A stretch of 64,000 bases of DNA from Verrucomicrobiales bacterium (GCA_031411295.1 JANOAV010000205.1:39933-103932); one strand, 5' to 3'. Shown: positions 19,727 to 32,356, counted from the stretch's first letter. Made by a program: numbers and translations. Notes: generated from the letters alone by a model not told the origin.

Positions 19727-20449
19727 TTAATCCTCGTCATAGAAATAGCTGGGGCCGTAGTAGGTTCCGCCGAGCGGATCAATGGCGGAATAGATGAGGA
19801 TTGAGATACTAATGCCCCAAGCTAAAATGGTGAGGATGAGAATCGAGAGCCCAAAGTTGCGGGAGAATGCATCATAGTGGTATGGGCTATCCTTCCCGTG
19901 TTGTCTTGAGAAGGTCAAAGAGTAACCAACAAACAGTCCCATGATGCCTCCAGTCAGCAGTGCGGCCACCAATACAACCTGCCATTTGGCACGCACTGGC
20001 CGGTATTCAGCTGGTGGTGCGTCAGGCTCGGCAAACGCCACCTCAGGGATCATCTCATGGCGCGCTCCTAACAGCCATTCCGCCGCTGCTAAATCTTGAA
20101 AATTCCAGCCGTCTGGCTCTTGTAACATATTTCTCAGAAACGCTGAGTCGAGCGTTGCCAGGTAAGCATCTGGAGGGGGTGGGGCCAGCTGAATGGTGGC
20201 TCGCGCATCTTTCATTAAGGCTTCACGAGCTACGGAGATTTGGGCTGCCGCAACCATCACCATCGCCTGGTTGTTGACTCCACCGCTGCCAATGGAGGAA
20301 ATTTCGAACACCGGAGCGGTGCTGGCAATTTTGTAGTGGATCCCGGCTTCATCCAAAATCTCCAGACACTCTGCCATGACTTCTCCATTGAGAAAGCGCG
20401 CTAGGAGAACAGGTTTACTGATCGTTGCAGGAGGAGTTGCCGGATTCAT
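19727..20449 (-). CDS. Hypothetical membrane protein (DUF2007-like N-terminus, two C-terminal TM helices)
   Basis: 240-aa ORF filling the gap between paaK-like and trpF. LDEAGIHY motif and two hydrophobic helices. Confidence 0.65.
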   Translation of the reverse strand: MNPATPPATISKPVLLARFLNGEVMAECLEILDEAGIHYKIASTAPVFEISSIGSGGVNNQAMVMVAAAQISVAREALMKDARATIQLAPPPPDAYLATLDSAFLRNMLQEPDGWNFQDLAAAEWLLGARHEMIPEVAFAEPDAPPAEYRPVRAKWQVVLVAALLTGGIMGLFVGYSLTFSRQHGKDSPYHYDAFSRNFGLSILILTILAWGISISILIYSAIDPLGGTYYGPSYFYDED

Positions 20450-20513
20450 CGCCTAGCTTGCACTTCCCAGCGCAAACAACAAGTCGAAATCTGCCTTGGG
20501 ACGCATCGGTATT

Positions 20514-20537
20514 TGCAGTCCAGCGGACTGCAACCAC
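20514..20537 (-). repeat. REP family B variant
   Basis: Minus strand gtggttgcagtccgctggactgca, a few bases after the trpF stop. Confidence 0.75.
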
Positions 20538-20543
20538 CCTCGC

Positions 20544-21203
20544 TCAATGCCGCAAAGATGCCATCAGTTCAGCAATCATCTGATGATCCTTGATCCCCGG
20601 TGCAGACTCCACACCGCTGGCCAAGTCCAAGGCCACCGGGGATACTTCCCGCATCGCTTGGGCGGCATTATGAGCGGTCAGCCCGCCGCTGAGGATGATT
20701 TGCTTTTCGGGGAATACTTTTACCGCCTGGGCTGCCAGGGTCCAGTCGCAGGTCAGCCCGGAGCCTCCGTAAACGCCGGGTTGGTAAGCATCTAGAATGA
20801 TCGCGCGACAGGGACAACGGGCGATTTTCTCCAGATCCGCTTCCGTGCGTGCGCTCAAGGCGCGGATTACTTGATAGCCGTCATCGAGAAATGACTGCAC
20901 GAACGCATCGGATTCATCGCCATGAAATTGGATCGCATCCAGCAGGCCGGACTGCATGATCGGCAAAATTTCTTCGCGCGAAGCGTTCACGAACAGGGCC
21001 ACCCGGGTGATGGTCGGGGGGGCGTCAGCCAGCCAGAGCGCAGCCTGCTCGAAGGGATGAAAGCGTTTCGACTTCGGCCAGAAATTAATTCCAATGGCCG
21101 CCACTCCTTGCTCCGCGCAGGCATCAGCATCCGCCATGCGGGTAAGCCCGCAAATTTTGACCTGGGGGCTGGGGGAGTGGAGTTGAGGAAATGGAGGGCG
21201 CAT
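20544..21203 (-). CDS. trpF: Phosphoribosylanthranilate isomerase
   Basis: VKICGLT, QFHGDE, GGSG..CDW, LSGGL, LDLASGVE.PGIKD. Confidence 0.93.
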   Translation of the reverse strand: MRPPFPQLHSPSPQVKICGLTRMADADACAEQGVAAIGINFWPKSKRFHPFEQAALWLADAPPTITRVALFVNASREEILPIMQSGLLDAIQFHGDESDAFVQSFLDDGYQVIRALSARTEADLEKIARCPCRAIILDAYQPGVYGGSGLTCDWTLAAQAVKVFPEKQIILSGGLTAHNAAQAMREVSPVALDLASGVESAPGIKDHQMIAELMASLRH

Positions 21204-21332
21204 GGCTGTGAGGGGATCAATGGCATCATCCGGTGGGCTTGGCAACATTGGAACGGCCGGGGCGTCCGGAATGTCACTGGGTTTCCTGCTTGCGCCGGGG
21301 GTGAGTCCATCGCATAGAACGCCCCCCCTTTT

Positions 21333-22481
21333 ATGTCCTTCACTCTGCTCACCACCGATCCCAATTCCAAAGCCCGCCGCGGGCGTTTGGAGTTGCCGCA
21401 TGGCGTGGTGCAAACTCCGATGTTCATGCCGGTGGGCACGCAGGGGTCGGTCAAGGCCGTGGCCCCGCGCGAGTTGGTGGAGCTGGATGCCCAGATCATT
21501 TTGGGAAACACCTACCACCTGAACTTGCGACCGGGGATGGATGTCATCAAGGCCTTCGGCAGCCTGCATCGATTCAGCAATTGGCAGCGTCCCATCCTGA
21601 CCGACTCCGGCGGGTATCAAGTATTCTCCCTTTCTAAATTGCGAAAAATCACCGAGCGCGGAGTCGAATTCCGCAGCCACCTCGATGGCTCCAAGATGTT
21701 CCTGGGCCCGGAAGAAAGTATGAGCATCCAGGCCACTCTGGGGTCGGATATCGCCATGCTCTTCGACGAATGCCCGCCGTATCCCTGCGATGAGAAATAT
21801 TCCCAGAAGAGCTTGGAACTGACCTTGCGTTGGGCGCAGCGTTGCCAGGATTGGATCGCAGAGCATGAACCGAAAACCGATACCGGCGGTCGGCAACTGC
21901 ACTTCGGCATCGTGCAGGGCAGTATTTATGCGGACCAACGCGAAGCCTGTGCGAAGGGATTGGTGGCGATGAATTTTGACGGCTATGCCATCGGTGGGGT
22001 CAGTGTGGGCGAGCCGGAACACGAAATGTTCCGCGCGATTGACAATGCGGAGCCGTTTCTCCCTGCCGAAAAACCCCGTTACGCCATGGGCTTGGGCACG
22101 CCACCGCAGATTGTCGAGATGGTGGCCCGGGGCGTGGATTTGTTCGATTGCGTCATCCCCACGCGGTTGGCCCGCCATGGGACGGCATTTACAAGCCGAG
22201 GGACCATAAATTTGAAAAACGAGCGTTTTAAGGTGGATTCGGAGCCAATCGAACCGGAATGTGAATGCCACGCTTGCCAAGGCTTCAGTAAGGCATATAT
22301 TCGCCACCTTTTCCGGGCCGGTGAGATTTTGGGTCTGCGGTTGATTTGTCTGCACAACCTGCATTTCTACCTCAACCTCATGCGCCAAATCCGCGCTGCC
22401 TTGGAAACCGCAACCTTCTCGACTTTCCGTCAGCAGTTTCTCGACCGCTACTTTTCATCCACCCCCACTCCTACTATCTAA
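21333..22481 (+). CDS. tgt: tRNA-guanine transglycosylase
   Basis: TPMFMPVGT, GNTYHL, LTDSGGYQVFSL, GIVQG, FDCV.PTR, CECHAC zinc site. Confidence 0.97.
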   Translation: MSFTLLTTDPNSKARRGRLELPHGVVQTPMFMPVGTQGSVKAVAPRELVELDAQIILGNTYHLNLRPGMDVIKAFGSLHRFSNWQRPILTDSGGYQVFSLSKLRKITERGVEFRSHLDGSKMFLGPEESMSIQATLGSDIAMLFDECPPYPCDEKYSQKSLELTLRWAQRCQDWIAEHEPKTDTGGRQLHFGIVQGSIYADQREACAKGLVAMNFDGYAIGGVSVGEPEHEMFRAIDNAEPFLPAEKPRYAMGLGTPPQIVEMVARGVDLFDCVIPTRLARHGTAFTSRGTINLKNERFKVDSEPIEPECECHACQGFSKAYIRHLFRAGEILGLRLICLHNLHFYLNLMRQIRAALETATFSTFRQQFLDRYFSSTPTPTI

Positions 22482-22838
22482 ATGACAAACTTCCTCGCTT
22501 CCCTGAATTTCCTCGCCGAAGACCCAGCCCCCAGTAACGGCAGCGGCCCCCTCATCATGATGGTGGCCATGTTTGCCCTCATGTATTTCGTCATGATCCG
22601 GCCTCAGCGGCGGCAACGGGCGGAACACGAAGCGCGGGTTGCGGCTCTGAAATCTGGCGACAAGATTGTCTCCAGTGGCGGCATTTACGGCATGATCACC
22701 AATGTTAAGACCACGACGGTGATCGTGAAAATCGCTGATAACGTCCGCATCGAATTGGACAAATCCTGCGTGGCTACCGTAGTTTCCAAGGCAGATGAGC
22801 CTGCCGAGGCCGCTGTAGTCGAAACCGAATCCGCTTAG
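22482..22838 (+). CDS. yajC: Preprotein translocase subunit YajC
   Basis: YFVMIRPQ, GDKIVSSGGIYG; located between tgt and secDF. Confidence 0.95.
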   Translation: MTNFLASLNFLAEDPAPSNGSGPLIMMVAMFALMYFVMIRPQRRQRAEHEARVAALKSGDKIVSSGGIYGMITNVKTTTVIVKIADNVRIELDKSCVATVVSKADEPAEAAVVETESA

Positions 22839-22949
22839 GTTTCTGGCAGATGATGTGTCCTTGGGCACATTTCATTGCTTTCTTGCTTGCACAGCTCCGG
22901 CTTTTCTGCCCTTCCTCTCACCTGACTTTATTTTAAACAGAACCGAAAC

Positions 22950-25421
22950 ATGGATAACAACTACATCAAAGCCATCATCATCCTCATCATTGGCCTCGTC
23001 GCCTTTGGCATGTTTGTATGGTATTTCGCAGCCGAATCTGACAAAAGTAAACGACTCGGCGGCACGCTGTTGTCACTGCTCTTAATTGGATTCGGGCTTT
23101 TTACGGTATTCACGGAGAAACTCAAAAAGGGGATCGATCTGGCCGGGGGAGCGGCTTTCCGAGTGCAAATCGTGCCCTCTGAAGGCAAGAAAGTGACTCG
23201 TGCTGAGGCCGAAGGGGCCAAGGAGGTCATCGAAAAACGTCTGGCTCCCCTCGGGAATAAGGACATCGTGGTGACGGTCCAAGGCGAAGACATCATCTAT
23301 GTGGAAGTTCCCGGCATCACGACCGAAGAAATCGACAAGAATCGCGAGATCATCGAAAAAGTCGCCAAACTGGAATTCCGCTTGGTGCATCCTCAAAGCC
23401 AGCAACTGATCGCCCAACGTGGGGCTGACGAGCGGGTGTTGGAACCAGGCTGGATTGAAGTTCCCCTTAAGGAAAAGGATGTTGATCCCGCAACGGGCGA
23501 AGCCAAAAAGCCGGTGGTGAATGCTGCGGATCAGAAGTTGCATCGTGATGAACAGGCCAAGAAGCGTCTGGATGATATCTTCAAAAACAAAAAGACCATC
23601 GTGGTTAAGAACACCGCCGAAATGTCCGGCAAGAGCGTGAAGGAAGCCTTTCCTACCATTTCCCCCGGCGGTGGTTTTCAGATCAATGTGCGGTTGCACA
23701 GCGAGTTTGGCGACAAGATGGAAGCCATCACGGAGAAAAATCTGCATCAACCAATGGCCATCATGGTGGATGGGGAAGTCATCTCTGCTCCAACCATCCA
23801 AGGGAAATTTGGCGATCACTTTGAAGTGACCGGCCAGTTTAAACAGAAAGAAGCGTTGGACCTTTCCTCCGCGCTGTCCAATCCTTTGGAGAATCCTCTC
23901 AAAATTGTTCAATCGAGTCAAACCAGCCCCACCTTCGGGGAAGCGGTCGTAAAGCAAGGGGTCATGGCTGGAGCCGTTGGGATGATTGCCACGTTGATTT
24001 TCATGCTGATCTACTATCGGTTGGCGGGCTTTATTGCCGTGCTCGGGCTGATCGTAAACTTGATCCTGCTGCTGGCCGCCATGATCGTGTTCGACTTCAC
24101 GTTGACGATGCCGGGTATCGCAGGGATGCTCCTGACGCTTGGTATTGCCGTTGATGCCAACGTGCTGATCTATGAACGGATGCGCGAAGAGTTCGCATCC
24201 GGCAAGACCTTCAATGCTGCCATCCGGGCATCTTACGATAAAGCGTTCACCGCCATTTTCGACTCGAACTTAACCTCACTCATTACCTCCGTCATCATGA
24301 TCATCGTGGCCAGCGGAGCAGTGAAAGGCTTCGGGGTTACCCTTACGGTGGGTATTTTAGCGTCCTTGTTCTCTTCCTTGCTCATCAGCCGCGTTTGCTT
24401 CAGTTGGCTGGAGAATGCCGGTCTCAAGAAACTGAGTTTCCTCAGCCTGATCAAGAATCGCTACATCGATTTCATGGCCCAGCGGAAATTCGCGATTATC
24501 GCTTCATTCGCGCTAGCCGCCTTGGCCTTGGTGATCTTGGGGGTGAAAGGCAAAGCCAGCTTGGGCTACGAACTGCGCGGGGGCGAATTGATCACCATTA
24601 CTGGTGCCACCGAAGATCAAGTCAACACTGCCCTCAAGGATTTGGCTAATGTGACCGATAAGGAAGGTAAGACGGACGTCTTCAGCAAGACCACCCAGAC
24701 CATTAAGCCGGTCAACGAAGCCGAATATATCAATCTGCGCACTAACTTCGGACATGGCGCTGCCGCCGTGGCTGAAATCAAAAAGGCCCTGCCAAATGCC
24801 TTGATTGGTGATGTGCAGGGCATGGGGCCTGCCGTCGGCGGAGCAATGCTGAAAGATTCCATCCTGGCGGTCCTCTACGGTCTGCTCGGCATTTTCATCT
24901 ACCTGACCTTCCGTTATGAAGTGCCTTTCGCCATCGGCGGCATTGTGGCTCTTTCTCACGACGTGTTGATCGTAGCCGGGGTTTGCGCCCTGTTCGGTCG
25001 GGAAATCGGCATGATTCTGATCGGTGCCTTCCTGACCATTGCGGGTTACTCCATCAATGACACCATCGTTATTTTTGACCGGATTCGAGAAAATCTCCGC
25101 ACCAGCAAGCATGATTTGAAGACCACGATGAACGAGGCCATTAGCGCCACCCTGAGCCGGACGATTCTGACCTCCGGGGTGACCCTGATCGTGGTGATTG
25201 CCATGTATTTCTTCGGCGGTCCCGCCATGAACGACTTCTCCTTTGCCATGCTGGTGGGGATCGTCATCGGAACCTACTCCTCCATCTTCGTCGCTTCCCC
25301 GCTTGTGCTCTGGTGGGCCACCACGCGCAAGTTGAACCTCCAAAAGGCCATCCTCGACGCAGATCAACTGCGCTTGGAAGCCCTCAGCGGCCTCGAAAAA
25401 GAAGCCCCCGAAAGACCGTAG
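22950..25421 (+). CDS. secDF: Fused protein translocase subunit SecDF
   Basis: GIDLAGG, TMPGIAG, AVDANVLIYER, GYSINDTIVIFDRIRE, GTYSSIF. Confidence 0.96.
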   Translation: MDNNYIKAIIILIIGLVAFGMFVWYFAAESDKSKRLGGTLLSLLLIGFGLFTVFTEKLKKGIDLAGGAAFRVQIVPSEGKKVTRAEAEGAKEVIEKRLAPLGNKDIVVTVQGEDIIYVEVPGITTEEIDKNREIIEKVAKLEFRLVHPQSQQLIAQRGADERVLEPGWIEVPLKEKDVDPATGEAKKPVVNAADQKLHRDEQAKKRLDDIFKNKKTIVVKNTAEMSGKSVKEAFPTISPGGGFQINVRLHSEFGDKMEAITEKNLHQPMAIMVDGEVISAPTIQGKFGDHFEVTGQFKQKEALDLSSALSNPLENPLKIVQSSQTSPTFGEAVVKQGVMAGAVGMIATLIFMLIYYRLAGFIAVLGLIVNLILLLAAMIVFDFTLTMPGIAGMLLTLGIAVDANVLIYERMREEFASGKTFNAAIRASYDKAFTAIFDSNLTSLITSVIMIIVASGAVKGFGVTLTVGILASLFSSLLISRVCFSWLENAGLKKLSFLSLIKNRYIDFMAQRKFAIIASFALAALALVILGVKGKASLGYELRGGELITITGATEDQVNTALKDLANVTDKEGKTDVFSKTTQTIKPVNEAEYINLRTNFGHGAAAVAEIKKALPNALIGDVQGMGPAVGGAMLKDSILAVLYGLLGIFIYLTFRYEVPFAIGGIVALSHDVLIVAGVCALFGREIGMILIGAFLTIAGYSINDTIVIFDRIRENLRTSKHDLKTTMNEAISATLSRTILTSGVTLIVVIAMYFFGGPAMNDFSFAMLVGIVIGTYSSIFVASPLVLWWATTRKLNLQKAILDADQLRLEALSGLEKEAPERP

Positions 25422-25425
25422 TCCA

Positions 25426-25453
25426 CGAGGAGGGTGGACGTTCCGTCCACCAG
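25426..25453 (+). repeat. REP family C copy
   Basis: cgaggagggtggacgttccgtccaccag after the secDF stop; sister copy at 62938-62965. Confidence 0.75.
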
Positions 25454-25511
25454 GATCACTCCCAACCGTCTGCTCCAACCCGCAGGGGGAAACACCCAGC
25501 CCTACCCATTA

Positions 25512-26132
25512 GTGCCCTATCCCTTCAAAATCACCGCCACCAGTCTGAACCTTCCCCCAGGGGAATTCGCAGGCTACATTTTTGACTGCGATGGCACCTT
25601 GGTGGACTCCATGCCACTGCATCTAGATGCCTGGCGGGCGGCCTTGGAGCCGCATGGTTTTGTGCCGGCCAACTTCACCTTGGAAATGCACCACAACTAC
25701 GCCGGCATGCCTGGAGTGGCCATTGTGCGGGATCTCAACGAGAAATTTGGTCTGAGCATGGACCCGGCTCAAGTAGAAGCCGATAAAGTGACTTGGTATC
25801 TCGCAAACCACGATAAAGTTGGCCCGGTCCAACCCGTGGTTGATTTCGCCCGAGCCAACTTTGGCAAATTCCCCATGGCCGTGGCTTCCGGTAGCGACCG
25901 TAAATTGGTGGAGCTGTCTCTGGAGGCGCTTGGTCTGAGCGAACTATTTCCCATCGTCATCACCCCGGACAACGTTGGTGCAGGCCGTGGCAAACCCGCC
26001 CCGGATATGTTTTTGCTGGCCGCCGAGCAGTTAGGCTTGGCTGCTGAAACCTGCCTCGTCTTCGAAGACGGACATCTGGGCATGCAGGCCGCCGCCTCTG
26101 CGAACATGGCAGCGGTCTGGGTGGAGGTGTAG
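25512..26132 (+). CDS. HAD-IA family phosphatase (YqaB/beta-PGM-like)
   Basis: FDCDGTLVDS, GKPAPD, VFED. Start uncertain; GTG 25512 chosen because the upstream GTG lies inside a REP. Confidence 0.88.
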   Translation: MPYPFKITATSLNLPPGEFAGYIFDCDGTLVDSMPLHLDAWRAALEPHGFVPANFTLEMHHNYAGMPGVAIVRDLNEKFGLSMDPAQVEADKVTWYLANHDKVGPVQPVVDFARANFGKFPMAVASGSDRKLVELSLEALGLSELFPIVITPDNVGAGRGKPAPDMFLLAAEQLGLAAETCLVFEDGHLGMQAAASANMAAVWVEV

Positions 26133-26163
26133 TGGTGAGCCTGGGCGCACCTCACGCTTGGAT

Positions 26164-28062
26164 TCAATCCACGAAACAAAACGCATTGCTGTTGAGCAAG
26201 GCGAGGCAGTAATCTGCCAGCGTCTCGGTCGGGTCGGACGTCAAGCGACCGTGCTCGTTCAGAAACTTTAGGCCCAGAGTTTCTTCCATGGCGGTGGGGG
26301 CGCGGGAGAAACATTGCCAGGGGGCGGCTGGGACCAGTTCCGTGGGATCTGCCGTGGTTTGCAACAGGCGCGCGGCCAGATCCCGCGCGATGCCGTGACT
26401 GAACTCTGAATTAAAGAGTGTTAGGGCTTGCGGGGCGGTGGTAGTTTCATTCCGGCGGCTGCAACTCAACAGGCCATCCGGGCGGTCGAAGAGATCGAAG
26501 AGCGGTTGATGCTCGTTGCGCTTGGTGAAGATCCACACGCTGCGGCAGTTCGGTGTCAGCGGCGGTTGGTCTTTCGTTTTGGATTTATTCGTGTTGGATT
26601 TGGCAAGATCGCTGGGTAAAGGCAGGCGCGTGGAGGGACCACCGCCACGAAATTCGAGTCGACCTGCCACTTGCAGCATGGCGTCCCGCAGTTCTTCCCC
26701 GCTCAGTCTGCGGCGGGCGAACTCAGTGTGGTGGCTGGTGGGACGATTTTCGTTGTTTCCCGCCTGGCGATAGGTGGCGCTGGTGAGGATCAGTTTATGG
26801 ATGGCTTTTAAGCTCCAGTTGCGAGCCGGAATCTCGGTGGCCAACCAATCAAGCAGGGCGGGATTCGTGGGCACTGCGCCTTGATGGCCAAGATCATTGG
26901 GCGTGGCGGCCAAGGCTTCGCCAAAATGGAATTGCCACAAGCGGTTGGCGGTCGCACGGAGGAAGAGTCGGTTATCAGGTCGCGTGAGCCACCGCGCCAG
27001 GGCCATGCGGCGGCCGGAAGAATTCGGCAGTGAGGCGAAGGCGAGTGAGGAGTCTGAGTCGTCGGCAATGCGCGGAAATGCAGGTTCCACTTTGGGGCCG
27101 GGGCGTTGGTAATCTCCGCGAATAGAGACGACACTAACAGCAGGGGCATTGCTGGCTTCCGCCATGGCGGCGGGGAGTTGCTGATCTTTCTTGAGCGGAG
27201 GCAGATTATCGAAAAAGGCGCGAAGGCGATAGAAATCGGCCTGACTAACGGGATCGAAAGGATGGTTGTGACACTGCGCGCAGCCTACGGTCAGTCCGAG
27301 AAAAACGGTGCCGACGGTGGAAGTGATATCGTTCAGCAGGAGGTGCCGACGCTCCGTTTGAAAATTCGTATCCGGCATGTCTGGTCCCGCCAGGAGAAAG
27401 CCGGTCGCAGCGGCCTGCTCGGGCGAAATTTCATCCCCTGCGATCTGCCGCGCGACGAACTCATTCAACGACAAATCGCGATTCAAGGAGTCGATCACCC
27501 AATCCCGATATTTCCAAGCCAGTTTGCGTTCCGCATCATGCTCAAAGCCATCCGTCTCAGCAAAGCGTGCGAGATCCAGCCAAGCTTGGGCAGACTTTTC
27601 GCCATAGCGAGGGGAGGCCAAGAGCCGATCGACTAGCAGTGTATATGGATCTGGCCCGCGGGCTCCTGACGCCGCCTCGTAGGTTTGGATAGCGGCAGTA
27701 AACTCACGCACTTCCTCCGGGCTGGGGGGCAGGCCGGTGAGATCAAAAGTGACGCGGCGGATGAGCGTTTCCGGCCTTGCCTGCGGAGCCAGGGCGGTGC
27801 CGGAGGTTTCTAAATTTGCCTGGAAAAACAGGTCGATCTCATTGCGCGCCAACTTTGGATTGAGAATGCTCGGCGGGGTGGGGCGGAGCAGTGGCTTGAA
27901 AGCCCAGAACTCGCGTGCGGCTGGCGTGATCGGCGGTTCATCCTTGACCGGATCCGCCGAGGCTTCGATGGCGGAGGTCGGATTGAGGAAGCCGCCCAGC
28001 AGCACCCAGACGCACCAGCAGGTCTTTAAATGGGAGGGGGATTTCCTTCGGTGAACAGCCAT
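26164..28062 (-). CDS. DUF1549/DUF1553 (PSCyt2/PSD1) domain protein
   Basis: FWAF.P, LIRRVTFDLTGLPP, WLDLARFAET, CAQCH, NRLWQ.HFG, PALLDWLA, PQALTLFN. Confidence 0.9.
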   Translation of the reverse strand: MAVHRRKSPSHLKTCWCVWVLLGGFLNPTSAIEASADPVKDEPPITPAAREFWAFKPLLRPTPPSILNPKLARNEIDLFFQANLETSGTALAPQARPETLIRRVTFDLTGLPPSPEEVREFTAAIQTYEAASGARGPDPYTLLVDRLLASPRYGEKSAQAWLDLARFAETDGFEHDAERKLAWKYRDWVIDSLNRDLSLNEFVARQIAGDEISPEQAAATGFLLAGPDMPDTNFQTERRHLLLNDITSTVGTVFLGLTVGCAQCHNHPFDPVSQADFYRLRAFFDNLPPLKKDQQLPAAMAEASNAPAVSVVSIRGDYQRPGPKVEPAFPRIADDSDSSLAFASLPNSSGRRMALARWLTRPDNRLFLRATANRLWQFHFGEALAATPNDLGHQGAVPTNPALLDWLATEIPARNWSLKAIHKLILTSATYRQAGNNENRPTSHHTEFARRRLSGEELRDAMLQVAGRLEFRGGGPSTRLPLPSDLAKSNTNKSKTKDQPPLTPNCRSVWIFTKRNEHQPLFDLFDRPDGLLSCSRRNETTTAPQALTLFNSEFSHGIARDLAARLLQTTADPTELVPAAPWQCFSRAPTAMEETLGLKFLNEHGRLTSDPTETLADYCLALLNSNAFCFVD

Positions 28063-28069
28063 GAGAAAA

Positions 28070-29476
28070 TCAAGCGAGGATGCCTGGCACGAGTTCTCCG
28101 CGCGTGCCGGTAAGACGTTGGTCCAGTCCATTGAAACGATAAACGAGTTTTTCGTGATCCATTCCTAACAAGTGAAGGATGGTGGCGTGGAGATCGCTCA
28201 CATGGACCGGATCCTCCTGCGCGCGCAGGCCGAATTCGTCCGTCGTGCCATGGACATGCCCAGCTTTGACGCCCGCCCCGGCCAACACGGTCGTGTAGCC
28301 CCAGGGATTATGGTCCCGGCCTTTACCTTTTTCACTCATCGGCATGCGGCCGAATTCCCCGCCCCAGATGACCAGTGTTTCGTCGAGCAAGCCCCGGCTT
28401 TTGAGATCGCGCAACAGTGCCGCCACCGGAAGGTCCGTGGCGCGGCAATGCGGCCCGTGGTTATGCAGGATGTCATCGTGCGCATCCCAGCCATTGCTGT
28501 TTCCAGAATAGAGCTGCACAAAGCGCACGCCGCGTTCGATCATTCGGCGGGCCAGCAGACAACGCGTGCCGAACTCCTGGGTGTGAGGTTGATCCAAACC
28601 GTAGAGTTTCTTCGTCGCTGCGGTTTCTTGAGAAAGGTCCACGACCTCCGGAGCTGCGCTTTGCATACGGAAGGCCAGTTCGTAAGATTGCAACCGAGCG
28701 ACCAATGAGGAATCGTCCGACCGGTCGGCACAATGGGCTTCGTTGAGATTGCGCAGCAGATCCAATGTATCGCGTTGGCGCTCGCTGGACATGCCAGCGG
28801 TTGGGTGCAAATTCAGAATAGGCGAAGCTCCCGGCCGCAGGGTGGTTCCTTGGTGCGAAGCGGGAAGAAATCCACTGCCCCACGCAGGAGGACCGCCCTT
28901 CAGACCGCCCCCAGGATCCGGCATGACGACAAACGACGGCATGTTTTCGTTTTCCGAACCCAACCCGTAAGAGACCCAGGAGCCCATGCTGGGCTTGCCC
29001 ATGAGGGTGGATCCGGTGTTCATTTGATAAACCGACTGCGGATGGTTGACGCTGTCTCCGTGGCAACTGCGGATCACGCAAAGGTCGTCGGCCAGGCTGC
29101 CCATTTCCGGAAGGAAATCACTGATTTCGATGCCAGACTGCCCCCGTTTACGAAAGGGCATAACCGGAGCCATGAGCGGATTCTTGGAGACATCCCGTCG
29201 CGTGTCGAACTTCCCGACGCTCGCTGGAATGGGCTTTCCCGCGTGCTTGATAAGTTCTGGCTTGGGGTCAAAAAGATCCAAATGGCTGGGGCCACCGTGC
29301 ATGAAGAGCCAGATGACGCGTTTGGCCTTGGCGGGAAACTGCGTTTCCTTCTGGAGTCCGGGGGACGCAAAGGCTCTGCCAGAGCCGAACAGTTGGGCCA
29401 GCGCAACGCTGGTCAACCCGACCCCAGCACTCTGAAGGAATCCCCGGCGGGAAGATGGAACCTTGGTGCCAAACAT
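28070..29476 (-). CDS. DUF1501 domain protein with Tat signal
   Basis: SRRGFL, KAKRVI.LFM.GGPSH.DLFDPKP, YELAFRMQ, GEFGR.P, GRDHNP. Confidence 0.9.
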   Translation of the reverse strand: MFGTKVPSSRRGFLQSAGVGLTSVALAQLFGSGRAFASPGLQKETQFPAKAKRVIWLFMHGGPSHLDLFDPKPELIKHAGKPIPASVGKFDTRRDVSKNPLMAPVMPFRKRGQSGIEISDFLPEMGSLADDLCVIRSCHGDSVNHPQSVYQMNTGSTLMGKPSMGSWVSYGLGSENENMPSFVVMPDPGGGLKGGPPAWGSGFLPASHQGTTLRPGASPILNLHPTAGMSSERQRDTLDLLRNLNEAHCADRSDDSSLVARLQSYELAFRMQSAAPEVVDLSQETAATKKLYGLDQPHTQEFGTRCLLARRMIERGVRFVQLYSGNSNGWDAHDDILHNHGPHCRATDLPVAALLRDLKSRGLLDETLVIWGGEFGRMPMSEKGKGRDHNPWGYTTVLAGAGVKAGHVHGTTDEFGLRAQEDPVHVSDLHATILHLLGMDHEKLVYRFNGLDQRLTGTRGELVPGILA

Positions 29477-29756
29477 GAAGGTGAAACCGTCACTCCGTTG
29501 GAGTTAGTGAGTGAACCCCAGAGGATGCCGGTATTTGCCGAATTATCAAATTTAATTCGCAGATCCAACGCACTCGCGTTGGGCTGGGATCGGATCACTT
29601 CAGGACGGTGTCCATCGCGTCCATCGTATCCCGGTAGTGGTCGCTGGTGCCGGAGTCTGCGAGACCGCTGGAGACGCCAATCAACCTGACTCGGTTGATA
29701 AATTTTCGGTCCGCGTGCCCTATCAGACGTTGACTCTTCGGCCACTTGTTTCCTAA

Positions 29757-31814
<2,058 letters not shown>

Positions 31815-31996
31815 GGTGACGGTGCCCCGAGAAGTTCCGGCACCACGAATAGCACTAATTATCACGAATCCATTTTGGATTGGTTCGATGTTCTGCCTCC
31901 ATTAGTTTGCGTTTCATCGAGCGGTCATTTGCCAAGGATAAACGGTCCAGACTTAACGCGCTTCCGCGCAGCACCGTCAGGAATTAAGCCGACTTC

Positions 31997-32278
31997 CTAC
32001 GCCAACGGCGTTTCATCCTTCAGCCCAGGGTTGCCCGGGCACGGGCTACCCTGGGAAATCTCGTTGGCAGGGATGAACCGCAACGCGGTTCCGTCGGTTC
32101 GGTTGCGCGGAAAGCTTTTCGAATGGTGCGCTCAACCAAGATCTCAGTCGGGTTAAGCTCTGCGCTCACGTTCCCGGCGGAACCGCGTTGCGGTTCATTT
32201 TCTAAATACCGCTGAGCCCCTGGGTAGCCATCTATCGATGGCAACCCAGGGCTGGAGGACGTAACGCCTTTGGCGTTG
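31997..32278. mobile_element. MITE-like ~280-bp element with ~100-bp imperfect terminal inverted repeats
   Basis: 31997-32095 aligns with the reverse complement of 32176-32278, including an exact atgaaccgcaacgcggttccg block. Internal cccagggttg...ccctggg hairpins; no coding capacity. Confidence 0.7.
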
Positions 32279-32326
32279 ATTGCGCAGGCAACGCAGGCCA
32301 ATGCCATCACCAGCCTCACGCGCGGC

Positions 32327-32356
32327 AGGTGGTCCGCACAGTCCTCTGTGCGGCCC
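32327..32356 (+). repeat. REP family A copy
   Basis: 30 bp identical to 1581-1610. Confidence 0.88.

Noticed and set aside
20544..22388. 614-aa minus-strand ORF suggesting a long TrpF fusion
   Set aside because: The N-terminal ~395 codons are the antisense shadow of tgt plus intergenic DNA. Only 20544-21203 carries TrpF motifs.
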